Shown here: positions 27,525 to 36,695 of the stretch, piece after piece
Numbering within the stretch: the stretch's first letter is position 1
How the letters are laid out: every line of letters starts with the position of its first letter
Assembly (NCBI GenBank): GCA_018608405.1
Contig: JABAZP010000032.1
Span: 17,956 to 81,955, forward strand
Source: Flavobacteriales bacterium
Lineage (GTDB): Bacteria > Bacteroidota > Bacteroidia > Flavobacteriales_E > Vicingaceae
Direction: 5' to 3'
Length of the DNA stretch: 64,000 nucleotides
Made by a program: the position numbers and the translations under genes
Notes under the pieces: generated by a model
The model's input: only the letters and a program-made list of their open reading frames with translations
Database searches by the model: none
What the model was told of the DNA's origin: nothing

Positions 27525-28564
27525 ACGAAATTTTTACAAGGCTTCGGTCTTTTCTGCTCTATCACAGCATGTTGTTTATCAATTACATTCTGTTGATTTA
27601 TTTTCTGAAATCTATTCCTGTTGATTTTGAGGTTCTGGGCTCGTTAGTTTTAAGTTATATTCTAACAGGTGTTGGGGCCTTTTTGCTAAACGATTATTAT
27701 GATAAGAAAGTAGATTTAAAAGCAGGGAAGTCAAATTTAGCAGAGAAAGCAAATTCTTATTTTATTGGATTTATAGTCTTGTTGGGTTTTTCTGTTTCGT
27801 TTTTTTTAGTGAATAGAATTTCAGAAAATGCAGGTATTTTGCTGTTGGTGCAATTTGCGGCGCTCTTAGCATATTCCCATCCAAGGATTAGATTAAAATC
27901 AAAACCAATTTTCGGAATTATTGCGGATTCAATTTATGCTTATATAATTCCGGTGCTCTTGTTATTTGTCGTTTATAAAATTGAAATAGCGGATCCAAAA
28001 TACCTCGCCTTTTTACTTTTTAACTTTAGCATCGGGCTTAGAGACATTCTGCTTCACCAGAAGAAAGATGAATTGAACGACCTAAAATCTGGGATCAATT
28101 CATTTGCTATTCGATATAAAAGTAAGGTAAACACATTAGTTTATATTTCAGAATTTACGGCTAGTTTGAGTTTGTGCTTTTTTCTAATGTTTGGTTTTTG
28201 GAAACTGGAAAGTCAGACTTACGTATTAGGAATAGGGGTGGCATATTTATTTCTATTATTGTTCGAAATTTTTAGAGTTCAAAAATCAATAGAGAACAAC
28301 TACTTAATACGATTTTATATTGTTATCAGTACATTCATTTTGGGTTATTGGCTTTTGAATGAAAACCTATATGCCTATTTAATACTACTAATTCATCCTT
28401 ATCTATATCAGTTTGTTGTTCAAATTTTTCAACTTATAAATCAATTAAAAATTATGATTTCCGTTGTAGTGAATTATTCATTGTATTATTCATTTAAATT
28501 AATGGGCAGAGATTTAAAAAAGAAACCATTGTATAAAAAACATGAGAAGAAAAATTCTAATTAG
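27485..28564 (+). CDS. UbiA-superfamily membrane prenyltransferase
   Basis: Eight to nine TM helices. First Asp-rich motif LLNDYYDKKVDLKAGK (27689..27715, NDxxDxxxD) and second motif HQKKDELNDLKSG. An alternative start at ATG 27512 would overlap the P450 stop by 13 bp. Confidence 0.75.
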   Translation: MLVFRVKRRMGLLNEIFTRLRSFLLYHSMLFINYILLIYFLKSIPVDFEVLGSLVLSYILTGVGAFLLNDYYDKKVDLKAGKSNLAEKANSYFIGFIVLLGFSVSFFLVNRISENAGILLLVQFAALLAYSHPRIRLKSKPIFGIIADSIYAYIIPVLLLFVVYKIEIADPKYLAFLLFNFSIGLRDILLHQKKDELNDLKSGINSFAIRYKSKVNTLVYISEFTASLSLCFFLMFGFWKLESQTYVLGIGVAYLFLLLFEIFRVQKSIENNYLIRFYIVISTFILGYWLLNENLYAYLILLIHPYLYQFVVQIFQLINQLKIMISVVVNYSLYYSFKLMGRDLKKKPLYKKHEKKNSN

Positions 28565-29528
28565 CTGGCTTTTTTCTATGCTCGTAATTTTCGTTTCTTG
28601 TGAAAAACACAATGAATTAAAAATTAACGATGAAGTTGTTTTAAAACGTTGTACTATTCAGCTTTTTCAAAAAGATAAATTTGCAACAAATTTTGGATCA
28701 ATTGATTTTGTCTATACCGGAGATACTATAAAAAGGAATGTGGATTTAGATTCGAAAGACTTATTAGCGCAATTGAATAACGAATTAAAAAACTTTGACA
28801 CGCTAGACGTGAACAACAAAACTGTTTTATACTTGAAGTCTTTATTCTTGGCCAATTTTGTGCATGCTGCATTTAGTCATCAATTTTTGGGAACAGAATT
28901 AGGTTTGGCTAACGATAGCTTAATTCGAAGTAATTGGGAGGACTATTCATTGGAAGAACAATTTGATTTTGGTAACAAAAATGAAGTGGCTTTTTCATGT
29001 TGGACTAGAACAAAATTTTATTTACAATTGACTCATATGTTACTAGAGCTAAAAGGTAGAGACACTTCCATTGAAAATGTACATACCTATCCGATACTCA
29101 ATATATATGGTTCTGAATATTTAGTAGATCCGTCTGATCCAGCTGTGTTTATAAGTTCTACAACTAATAAAATCATAAAATTCAATGAATTAAAAAGAAG
29201 CTCGGATGTTGTTATTTATAAATTGAATTACAACTTTGGAACTTCTCACTTTATTTTTTCAAATAGTTTTATGAATCGTATTCAACCAGAAGGGAATAAT
29301 TTGAAAGATCAAATTTTAGGGTATTTAGCTCTTAATCAAGAATTAGTGTTAAATAAGGTCCCTGCCTGCTTTAACCCGCACTACAAAAAGAGATGGGAAA
29401 TTTCATATTTAGATGGCAAAAACAATGCGCTAGCTGTTTCGTTATTTGGCAGAAATCTTGGAACGTTTTTGACTCCACAAAATTTTAAGGAAACCTATTT
29501 TGGAGCCAATTGTAATAGCTTGAATTAA
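28542..29528 (+). CDS. Predicted lipoprotein of unknown function
   Basis: MRRKILISWLFSMLVIFVSC with a lipobox-like VSC. 328 aa with no recognisable catalytic motif. Overlaps the UbiA gene end by 23 bp. Confidence 0.55.
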   Translation: MRRKILISWLFSMLVIFVSCEKHNELKINDEVVLKRCTIQLFQKDKFATNFGSIDFVYTGDTIKRNVDLDSKDLLAQLNNELKNFDTLDVNNKTVLYLKSLFLANFVHAAFSHQFLGTELGLANDSLIRSNWEDYSLEEQFDFGNKNEVAFSCWTRTKFYLQLTHMLLELKGRDTSIENVHTYPILNIYGSEYLVDPSDPAVFISSTTNKIIKFNELKRSSDVVIYKLNYNFGTSHFIFSNSFMNRIQPEGNNLKDQILGYLALNQELVLNKVPACFNPHYKKRWEISYLDGKNNALAVSLFGRNLGTFLTPQNFKETYFGANCNSLN

Positions 29529-29534
29529 AGTATT

Positions 29535-31319
29535 ATGTGTGGAATTGTAGGACATATTAAAAGAGACGGAAAAGTTGACCAAGATATTTTTCGCAAAATG
29601 CTCAAAACCATTGAGCATAGAGGCCCTGACGGTGAAGGGGTCTTTATTTCGTCTGATAGTAAAAGAGCATTGGGCCACCGAAGGTTATCCTTCTTAGACC
29701 TTTCAGAATTGGGAAAACAACCTATGAGTAATTCTGAGGCAACCGTTTGGGTAAGTTTCAATGGGGAAATTTACAATTATCTTGAACTAAAAGAAGAACT
29801 GAGAAACGGCTATGAATTTATTACGGGAAGTGATACGGAGGTAATTTTGGCGGCATATCAAGCGTGGGGGATGGATTTTGTGAATCGCTTAAAAGGTATG
29901 TTTGCCATAGCATTACTTGACGAGAAGAAAGAGTTGTTGCATTTGATTCGAGATCGATTTGGGATAAAGCCACTGTATTATGGCGTTCAAAATAACGAGC
30001 TTGTTTTTGCTTCAGAATTGAAAGCAATTATGGAGTCAAAAGTATTCCCTAAAGAGCTGAACAAAAGTGCAATTTCGGATTATTTTGTCTATCGGTATAT
30101 TCCTTCTCCTAAAACCATTTGGGAGGGAATAAATAAACTTCCTCCTGCAAATTATATCACTATTGATTTAAATGACTTGTCTGAGACGACGGTTTGCTAT
30201 TGGGAATTAACATCTTCGAATGAAAAAGCGGAGATTAAAAGTTTAGCAATTGAAACAGAAGAGATTTTAAAAAATTCGGTAAAACAGCATGCACGAGCTG
30301 ATGTTCCTATTGGTTCTTTTTTAAGTGGAGGGTATGACAGTAGTGCTTTGGCATTGTGGATGAAGGAAGAAGGGAAAGCTCCAAATACTTTTTCAATAGG
30401 GTTTGAAAATTGGGAGAAAAGCGAGCATTATTATGCTAAAACAGTTGCTGATTTTTTGGCGTTAGAGAATAACGCTGTTGTTGCTACTGCAGAGAGTCTG
30501 AATTTATTGAAACGAATGCCTGAGGTATATGACGAACCGATTGCAGATATTTCAATTGTACCAACATACATGGTGAGCGCTTTGGCTAGAAAAGAGGTAA
30601 AGGCAGTGTTTAGTGGCGAAGGAGCCGATGAAATTTTTGGCGGCTATACGTGGCAACATGATTTTTTTAATAAAACATACAATAACGGTTTATTGCAGAA
30701 GGTTAAAAATATTTTTAAACCAAAGAATCCTGTTGATTTTTATGCACAATCAATGGCAATGGGTTGGTTCGATTCGCAAGAGTTAAAAAAAATGTTACAT
30801 CCAGATTTACATGTATCAATTCCAAAAGATGTGCATTGGTTTTATAGGCAAAACTTCAGAAAGGATTTAAGTCCTTTTAAAGCCATACAACACATGGACA
30901 TCAAATGTTTTATGGGAGAATTGGTGCTTACGAAAGTGGACCGAGCCAGCATGGCAAACTCATTAGAAGTGAGAGTGCCTTTTTTGGACCATCAACTTTA
31001 TGAGAAAATATTCAGTATCGAAGAGAACCATTACATTGACCAAAATCAGACAAAGAAGGTGCTTTTTGAAACATTGAAAGATAATTTACCAAGTGAAATA
31101 ATAGAACGCAAAAAGCAAGGTTTTGTAGGGCCGGATCAATATTACATGAATATTGAATTTTACAGGAAAGAACTAGGAGAGAGCAACCTCGTGAAGCAAA
31201 ACATTATTCGCAAAGAGTATATAGACGAATTACTGCAAGAATCCTATAATTGGAAGCTCTGGAAAATAGTTGTTTTTGAAAAATGGTTTACCCATTGGGT
31301 TGTGAACTTTGAAGAATAA
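29535..31319 (+). CDS. Asparagine synthase (glutamine-hydrolysing) family amidotransferase (AsnB/WbpS-like)
   Basis: N-terminal nucleophile MCGIVG, GATase class II domain, PP-loop SFLSGGYDSSALA. 594 aa. Confidence 0.9.
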   Translation: MCGIVGHIKRDGKVDQDIFRKMLKTIEHRGPDGEGVFISSDSKRALGHRRLSFLDLSELGKQPMSNSEATVWVSFNGEIYNYLELKEELRNGYEFITGSDTEVILAAYQAWGMDFVNRLKGMFAIALLDEKKELLHLIRDRFGIKPLYYGVQNNELVFASELKAIMESKVFPKELNKSAISDYFVYRYIPSPKTIWEGINKLPPANYITIDLNDLSETTVCYWELTSSNEKAEIKSLAIETEEILKNSVKQHARADVPIGSFLSGGYDSSALALWMKEEGKAPNTFSIGFENWEKSEHYYAKTVADFLALENNAVVATAESLNLLKRMPEVYDEPIADISIVPTYMVSALARKEVKAVFSGEGADEIFGGYTWQHDFFNKTYNNGLLQKVKNIFKPKNPVDFYAQSMAMGWFDSQELKKMLHPDLHVSIPKDVHWFYRQNFRKDLSPFKAIQHMDIKCFMGELVLTKVDRASMANSLEVRVPFLDHQLYEKIFSIEENHYIDQNQTKKVLFETLKDNLPSEIIERKKQGFVGPDQYYMNIEFYRKELGESNLVKQNIIRKEYIDELLQESYNWKLWKIVVFEKWFTHWVVNFEE

Positions 31320-31381
31320 AGGTGTTCAAATAGTTAAATTAGCCCTCCAAAGAAATCAGCATTTCTGATAAAAAGCAACAA

Positions 31382-32560
31382 ATGAGCAATGAAGTTTATG
31401 TTTTTGTAGTTTGTGGAAGCAGCGAGCATATCGATACGCTGCAACTTTCATTAAAAGCGCTCCGATCTTTCTCTAAAAAAGATATTCTTGTTTTAACAGA
31501 TAAAACAAGAAATGATATAGAAATCCTTCACGATGCTATTATCGACGTTCAAACACCAAAAGAGTATAACCATCATCAAGCGAGTATTTATTTGAAAACA
31601 GGAATTCACCAATTTCTTCCCAAAGGTAATTTGTATTGCTATTTGGATACAGATATAATTGCCTTGGATCATTCTTGCGACGAAATTTTCAAAGAGTATA
31701 TTTCACCGATTAGGTTTGCACCTGATCATTGTAAAATAAAAGCATTTAGTGCTTATGCAATTAATTGCGGGTGTATAGATAAATGTTCCGAAGACAGAGA
31801 AGCATATTTTAAGAGTGTTGAAAAGCACGATAAGAATTCAGAGCTAACAGGCACAGTTGCCCGGACCGCTCAAAAGAAGGTTGAGGATTGGTATGGGGAA
31901 CTCCAAAAGTCAATTCTAACAAAGGGTTTTTATACTTTTCGTTATTACATGAGTTTTCCAAAATTTTGGTTAGACAAAGACATTTATTTTGATAAAAAAA
32001 GAAAATTGTGGTCAACAAAAGATGGAGAAATTGTAAAGTATGAGATAGATATAAAAAGCATTGCGAAAGAGGCCAATTTGAAATATACCCTTTGGTTCAA
32101 TGAGTGGAGAAACAAAAAAGGGGAGAATATATTTAAAACCGATTGCAATCATTTAACCGAGTCAATTCACAATACTTTTCAAGTTGATGTGAAAGAGAAA
32201 AATTGGCAACACTGGAATGGCGGTGTATTTCTTTTCGACGATGCTAGTCATAAATTTTTGTCTGAATGGCACAAAAAGAGCGTTCAAATATTCAATAATC
32301 CCAATTGGAAGACTAGAGACCAGGGAACCTTAATTGCAACGGTTTGGGAGTTTGCTTTGCAAGACCATCCAACATTATCAAAAGAATGGAATTTTATTGC
32401 AGATTTTCACAACAACCAATTAGTGGTTAGCAAAGAGACGGATGAAATGTCAGATGACCTATTTAAGTCAACGTACAGGCCAAAATTTGTTCATGTATTT
32501 CATGAATGGGGAAATGAAAAGTGGGCAGTTTGGAATTGGATAAAATCGAAGATTGTGTAA
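31382..32560 (+). CDS. Hypothetical protein, possible nucleotide-diphospho-sugar transferase fold
   Basis: VYVFVVCGSSEHI...LYCYLDTDIIAL (DxD-like DTD) resembles GT8-type cores. Otherwise unrecognised. Confidence 0.5.
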   Translation: MSNEVYVFVVCGSSEHIDTLQLSLKALRSFSKKDILVLTDKTRNDIEILHDAIIDVQTPKEYNHHQASIYLKTGIHQFLPKGNLYCYLDTDIIALDHSCDEIFKEYISPIRFAPDHCKIKAFSAYAINCGCIDKCSEDREAYFKSVEKHDKNSELTGTVARTAQKKVEDWYGELQKSILTKGFYTFRYYMSFPKFWLDKDIYFDKKRKLWSTKDGEIVKYEIDIKSIAKEANLKYTLWFNEWRNKKGENIFKTDCNHLTESIHNTFQVDVKEKNWQHWNGGVFLFDDASHKFLSEWHKKSVQIFNNPNWKTRDQGTLIATVWEFALQDHPTLSKEWNFIADFHNNQLVVSKETDEMSDDLFKSTYRPKFVHVFHEWGNEKWAVWNWIKSKIV

Positions 32561-33004
32561 ATGGGTAATAGGTACAAGAAATTTTTAGAATGGGGAATTT
32601 CAACTTTTGGAGTTGCACTGCTCTATATTATAGGAGTGCTATTATTTAATGAGACCCATCCATTTTCGCGGTTTCCCATGTACAGTAATTTCCCAAATTG
32701 GTCGTATAGTTTTTATTTAACTGACGAAGCCAATGAGATTATTCCATTTTCCAGTTTAGAAACAACCGGAAGCTCTGTTGGACACTTATATGGTAGTGTA
32801 TCTGATGAATTAAATATTCCATACGGAAGCTTTAGAGAATCTGAAGAAGAATTGCAACAAATTGGCGATCGAATGATGTTTGTTTTATTAGAATCAAATG
32901 AGTTAAAATATAAATATATCAACCTGTACCGGAAAGGGTTTTATTACCAAAACGATTCTATCCACGATTTAACAGTTTTAATGACCTCTTATGAACGTCA
33001 TTAA
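32561..33004 (+). CDS. Small single-pass membrane protein, unknown function
   Basis: 147 aa with one N-terminal TM (FGVALLYIIGVLLF). The start abuts the stop of the upstream gene, and the ORF overlaps the next gene by 14 bp. Confidence 0.5.
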   Translation: MGNRYKKFLEWGISTFGVALLYIIGVLLFNETHPFSRFPMYSNFPNWSYSFYLTDEANEIIPFSSLETTGSSVGHLYGSVSDELNIPYGSFRESEEELQQIGDRMMFVLLESNELKYKYINLYRKGFYYQNDSIHDLTVLMTSYERH

Positions 33005-33872
33005 AAATATAAGAATAAGAGGGCTAGATAAAGAATGGATTTTTTTAAAGATCCCATTAATTTGTTTTTGGTTTGGCATTTTTCGTCATATTTTATCTAA
33101 AAATTACAAGGTGCCAATACCTTCGGGAATTTGTAAAATAGTTAATTGCGCTAATCTTATAGAAGGCCATGGGCTATTCTTTATGATCGTGGCAAGCTCT
33201 CTTTTATGCATCATGTATTTACTTGACTTTAAAATGAAATGGACCACTTTGGGTTTGTTTTCTTTGTCAGTTATTGTTTTCACAAGTGAGGATTCTAGCG
33301 GAATCTTAAATCGCAGCGGAACTTTCTCTTTTATATTCCTTGCCCAGTCATTTGCATATTGGATCAATGGGTCGAATCTTTTAAAATTAAAATACTCCAG
33401 AATTCAATATTCGATACAAGCAGTTGTTGTTGGTTATTTTCTTTCAGGTTGCTCTAAACTATTAGATTCGGGTTTAAGTTGGCCTTCAGATGGATCTAGG
33501 ATCACCCTTCAAGTATTAAAGTCATTTTATTACCATTATTATACAACACTTGACAGCACAGAGCTTGTAAAAGCCTATGAAATTGTACAATTTTTAACAG
33601 AATCTCAAAACATTTTGGTTGTTCTTTTAGCTGGTTCTTTAACATTAGAATTGTTTGCATTAACAGCAGCTGTTAATAAGAGTTATGCAAGATTTTATGG
33701 TATTGCTTTGCTTCTTATGCATATAGGAATCTATTATTTTATGGATATACTCATAGTGTCATTTGCTGTTCCGATGGTTTTTGTAATGATTAATCCATTT
33801 TATTTAGCTGTATTTTTATACGACAAAATGTTGAAGAAACCAACATTTCCACATACGTTAAAATCAATGTAA
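32991..33872 (+). CDS. Polytopic membrane protein, unknown function (weak HTTM/DoxX-like feel)
   Basis: 293 aa with ~7 hydrophobic helices. VVGYFLSGCSKLLDSGLSW resembles the G..K(L) helix of DoxX/HTTM-type proteins, but I cannot verify this. Confidence 0.5.
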   Translation: MNVIKNIRIRGLDKEWIFLKIPLICFWFGIFRHILSKNYKVPIPSGICKIVNCANLIEGHGLFFMIVASSLLCIMYLLDFKMKWTTLGLFSLSVIVFTSEDSSGILNRSGTFSFIFLAQSFAYWINGSNLLKLKYSRIQYSIQAVVVGYFLSGCSKLLDSGLSWPSDGSRITLQVLKSFYYHYYTTLDSTELVKAYEIVQFLTESQNILVVLLAGSLTLELFALTAAVNKSYARFYGIALLLMHIGIYYFMDILIVSFAVPMVFVMINPFYLAVFLYDKMLKKPTFPHTLKSM

Positions 33873-33876
33873 TCAT

Positions 33877-34743
33877 TTGGCTATTTTTTGCACCATATCA
33901 ACTCAATCTCATCTCTTTAAAACGTATGCTTTAGCAGATAGCATACAACAATTTGGAGGTCAATTAAAAGTGTTGCTTGTGGATTCAGATGAAGTAAAGA
34001 ATGTTGATAGTATTCCGTCGAATATTGAATTTCATCACTTAGGACAAATAAGTTCTGAACGAATAGAACAAACCAGTAGAATCTATAAAAAAGACAAGCT
34101 TCGTTGGGCTTTAAAACCTGCGTATTTATTGTATTTACTTCCTAATTATCACGCATTAATTTATGTAGATAACGATGTCTTTTTTTATAATGATTTCAAT
34201 TTTTTGTTTGAAGAATTGCAAATCTCTGACGTGCTTTTAACACCTCACTTTTATCCTAGTTCTCCTAAAAACGAGCAAACGTGGTTAGAAGCAAACTTCA
34301 GACTCGGAATGTACAATGCGGGTTTTATTGGGGTGAATGAAAATGCTAAAAATGCTTTAGAATGGTGGTCGGACTGTTGCTTGTACGAAATGAGGAGATC
34401 CTATTGGAGAGGACTTTTTGATGATCAAAAGTATTTAGATTTACTACCGGTGTTATTTGAAAATGTGAAAATTATTAAGAATAGAGGATGCAATTTTGCA
34501 GGATGGAATTCACAGTTAAACATTGATATTAAGCAGATTGTTTTTGTTCATTTTAATTCTTTTACGTCCAAAATATTTAATGAAGAAACCAATAAATATT
34601 TCCCATTAATTAAAAATTACACAAAGCAGCTCAAATTATATAACCCTACTTTTAAGAACAGTAGTAGAGGCTTAGATTTATTCAAATTACAAAATGGCCT
34701 TTATTTTATAAAATGGAAACTGGCACGATTGCTTAATAAATAG
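33877..34743 (+). CDS. GT-A glycosyltransferase (GT8 / nucleotide-diphospho-sugar transferase-like)
   Basis: IFCTISTQSHLFKTYALADS..., LIYVDNDVFFYNDF (DxD), YNAGFIGVN. TTG start per the track, so the start is uncertain. Confidence 0.65.
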   Translation: MAIFCTISTQSHLFKTYALADSIQQFGGQLKVLLVDSDEVKNVDSIPSNIEFHHLGQISSERIEQTSRIYKKDKLRWALKPAYLLYLLPNYHALIYVDNDVFFYNDFNFLFEELQISDVLLTPHFYPSSPKNEQTWLEANFRLGMYNAGFIGVNENAKNALEWWSDCCLYEMRRSYWRGLFDDQKYLDLLPVLFENVKIIKNRGCNFAGWNSQLNIDIKQIVFVHFNSFTSKIFNEETNKYFPLIKNYTKQLKLYNPTFKNSSRGLDLFKLQNGLYFIKWKLARLLNK

Positions 34744-34750
34744 TATAGTA

Positions 34751-35605
34751 ATGAGATTAAAGTCAACAGAGTTACAGTCTGAATTTGATGAAATTGGAGC
34801 AATCAAAATACCCAAATTCTTACAAAAAGATGCACTCGAGGAAATAAAAGAATTATACAATGAATTAGGTTTAATAGACCTAAAACATACCTATACTAAC
34901 GTAAAAGATAAAAGTGCGGAATTCAATAATAAGGTAAATCAAATAATTACTGGTTTAAGTAAGGAGTCTATCGCAAATCATTTCATGGATTATCAAATTA
35001 GTGGAGGAGCTTTTTTAATAAAAGGAATTGGGGAAGAAAGTCATGCGATGTTGCATCAAGATTGGAACGTGGTAGATGAAAGCAAATTTCAATCAGCAGT
35101 AATTTTTTGTGCTATTCACGACATCGATGAGAGAAATGGCTGTATTCAAGTGTTAAAAGGAAGCCATAAATGGTTTAATAATATTAGAGGGCTCAATAAT
35201 CCATCACCAATAATGGAGTTTAGCAAGGCAAAAAAAGGTTTAATATCTTTTCCGCTAAAAGCCGGAGATGCTATTGTGTTCAGGCATAGCGTAATTCATG
35301 GCTCGAAACCTAATTTTACCAATCAAAATCGAATTGCAACGATGGTAAGTATTGCATCTAAAGATGCTGATTATATTAATTATGTAAAAGAGGAAAATGA
35401 ATTTAAAGTTCTTAAGGTAAGTGCGAATTTTTTCAATCAAGATTTTTCAAGACTATGGTCCAATAAAAGTATTGATGAGATTGTTTTGGATCGGTTTAAA
35501 ATTAAAGACGGAATGAGTTTAGTAGCATCGGATTATCTTGAAGCGTATAATAATAGATACCCCTTAAGTACTTTAGATAAAGTTAAAAAGATGTTTAATC
35601 GCTAA
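34751..35605 (+). CDS. PhyH-family Fe(II)/2-oxoglutarate dioxygenase (paralog A)
   Basis: HxD in MLHQDWNVVDE and distal His in FRHSVIHGSKPN. 284 aa. Confidence 0.8.
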   Translation: MRLKSTELQSEFDEIGAIKIPKFLQKDALEEIKELYNELGLIDLKHTYTNVKDKSAEFNNKVNQIITGLSKESIANHFMDYQISGGAFLIKGIGEESHAMLHQDWNVVDESKFQSAVIFCAIHDIDERNGCIQVLKGSHKWFNNIRGLNNPSPIMEFSKAKKGLISFPLKAGDAIVFRHSVIHGSKPNFTNQNRIATMVSIASKDADYINYVKEENEFKVLKVSANFFNQDFSRLWSNKSIDEIVLDRFKIKDGMSLVASDYLEAYNNRYPLSTLDKVKKMFNR

Positions 35606-35837
35606 GTTGATAAGCCAAATAGGATGGCTTTTAGTGTAGCCTTTGTTTTTAGCAGTGCTATTTTTAATGACCACGAATCTATATTTTGCAATTTTTACCT
35701 TCTATTTTGGTGTGTTTAAAAAAATAAACCAAGCTGTAAACTGAAAGAAAGGCAATTCGATAATTTTAAAATGCGGAATACCCTAAATTGTTATTAGAGA
35801 AAATTGTAAGGATGTTGAAAAAAGAAAAGGTAAACAC

Positions 35838-36695
35838 ATGAAATTGAAATCAGCGGAGCTAGAAAAGGAATTCCAAGAAGTTGGTGCGATTCGGATACCT
35901 AACTTTTTGAATAACGAGGATCTGCTGCGAATAAAGGAATTATACAATGAGCTTGGACTTTCTGATTTGAATGGAATTTATAGCAATGTCAACAATAAAA
36001 GTTCAGAGTACAATACAAAGGTAGATGTGATTTTTCAAGAAATTTACAAACCGTCAATTGAAAAGTACTTTGAAGGTCATCAAATTGGTGGAGGCGCTTT
36101 TTTGATAAAAGGAACTGGCAATGAGAGCCATTCTTCCTTACACCAAGATTGGAACATTGTAGATGAGAAGAAGTATCAATCTGCAGCAATTTTCTGTCCA
36201 ATTGAAGATGTTAATGAGAAAAATGGATGCTTACAAGTGCTAAAAGGCAGTCATAAATGGTTTCAAAATATTCGATCTTTTCACACCCCAACTCCATTTT
36301 TTAATTTTAATCAAGTTGAAAAGGGGCTAGTTGCTTTTCCTGCTAAGGCCGGCGATGCAATTGTTTTTCGACACAATGTTATTCATGGTTCGAAGCCAAA
36401 TTTAACAGCCAATATTAGAGTTGCAGCGATGGTTAGCGTAGCTTCTAAGTCTGCTAATTATTTGCATTATATGAAAGAAGGTCAGAAGTTTAAGGTACTG
36501 AAAGCGGACAATGATTTTTACAATAAGGAACTATCTAAATTATACTCAAAAAACAATATTAATGTAGAGGAAATAGATCTGATTGAAATTGAACCAGGTA
36601 TGGTGTTAGAGTTTTCTGATTTTGAGCAAAAATACAAACAAGAATTTCCAGATTCGTTTTTATGTCGGATAGGTAAATTGTTCAAAAGAGGCTAA
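35838..36695 (+). CDS. PhyH-family Fe(II)/2-oxoglutarate dioxygenase (paralog B)
   Basis: SLHQDWNIVDE and FRHNVIHGSKPN. 36 of the first 60 residues are identical to paralog A when counted by eye. Confidence 0.8.
   Translation: MKLKSAELEKEFQEVGAIRIPNFLNNEDLLRIKELYNELGLSDLNGIYSNVNNKSSEYNTKVDVIFQEIYKPSIEKYFEGHQIGGGAFLIKGTGNESHSSLHQDWNIVDEKKYQSAAIFCPIEDVNEKNGCLQVLKGSHKWFQNIRSFHTPTPFFNFNQVEKGLVAFPAKAGDAIVFRHNVIHGSKPNLTANIRVAAMVSVASKSANYLHYMKEGQKFKVLKADNDFYNKELSKLYSKNNINVEEIDLIEIEPGMVLEFSDFEQKYKQEFPDSFLCRIGKLFKRG

Larger units (their letters stand above)
34751..36695 (+). repeat. Tandem gene duplication of PhyH-type dioxygenase genes separated by a 232-bp spacer
   Basis: Collinear protein similarity along the full length of both ORFs. 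Confidence 0.75.

Noticed and set aside
35606-35837. Terminator or promoter between the tandem PhyH paralogs (hairpin AAGCCA-N7-TGGCTT at 35611..35629; TATTTTG-like boxes near 35680 and 35712).
   Set aside because: The stem is only 6 bp with a weak T-tract, and the boxes miss the TAnnTTTG consensus by one position. This is too weak to annotate.
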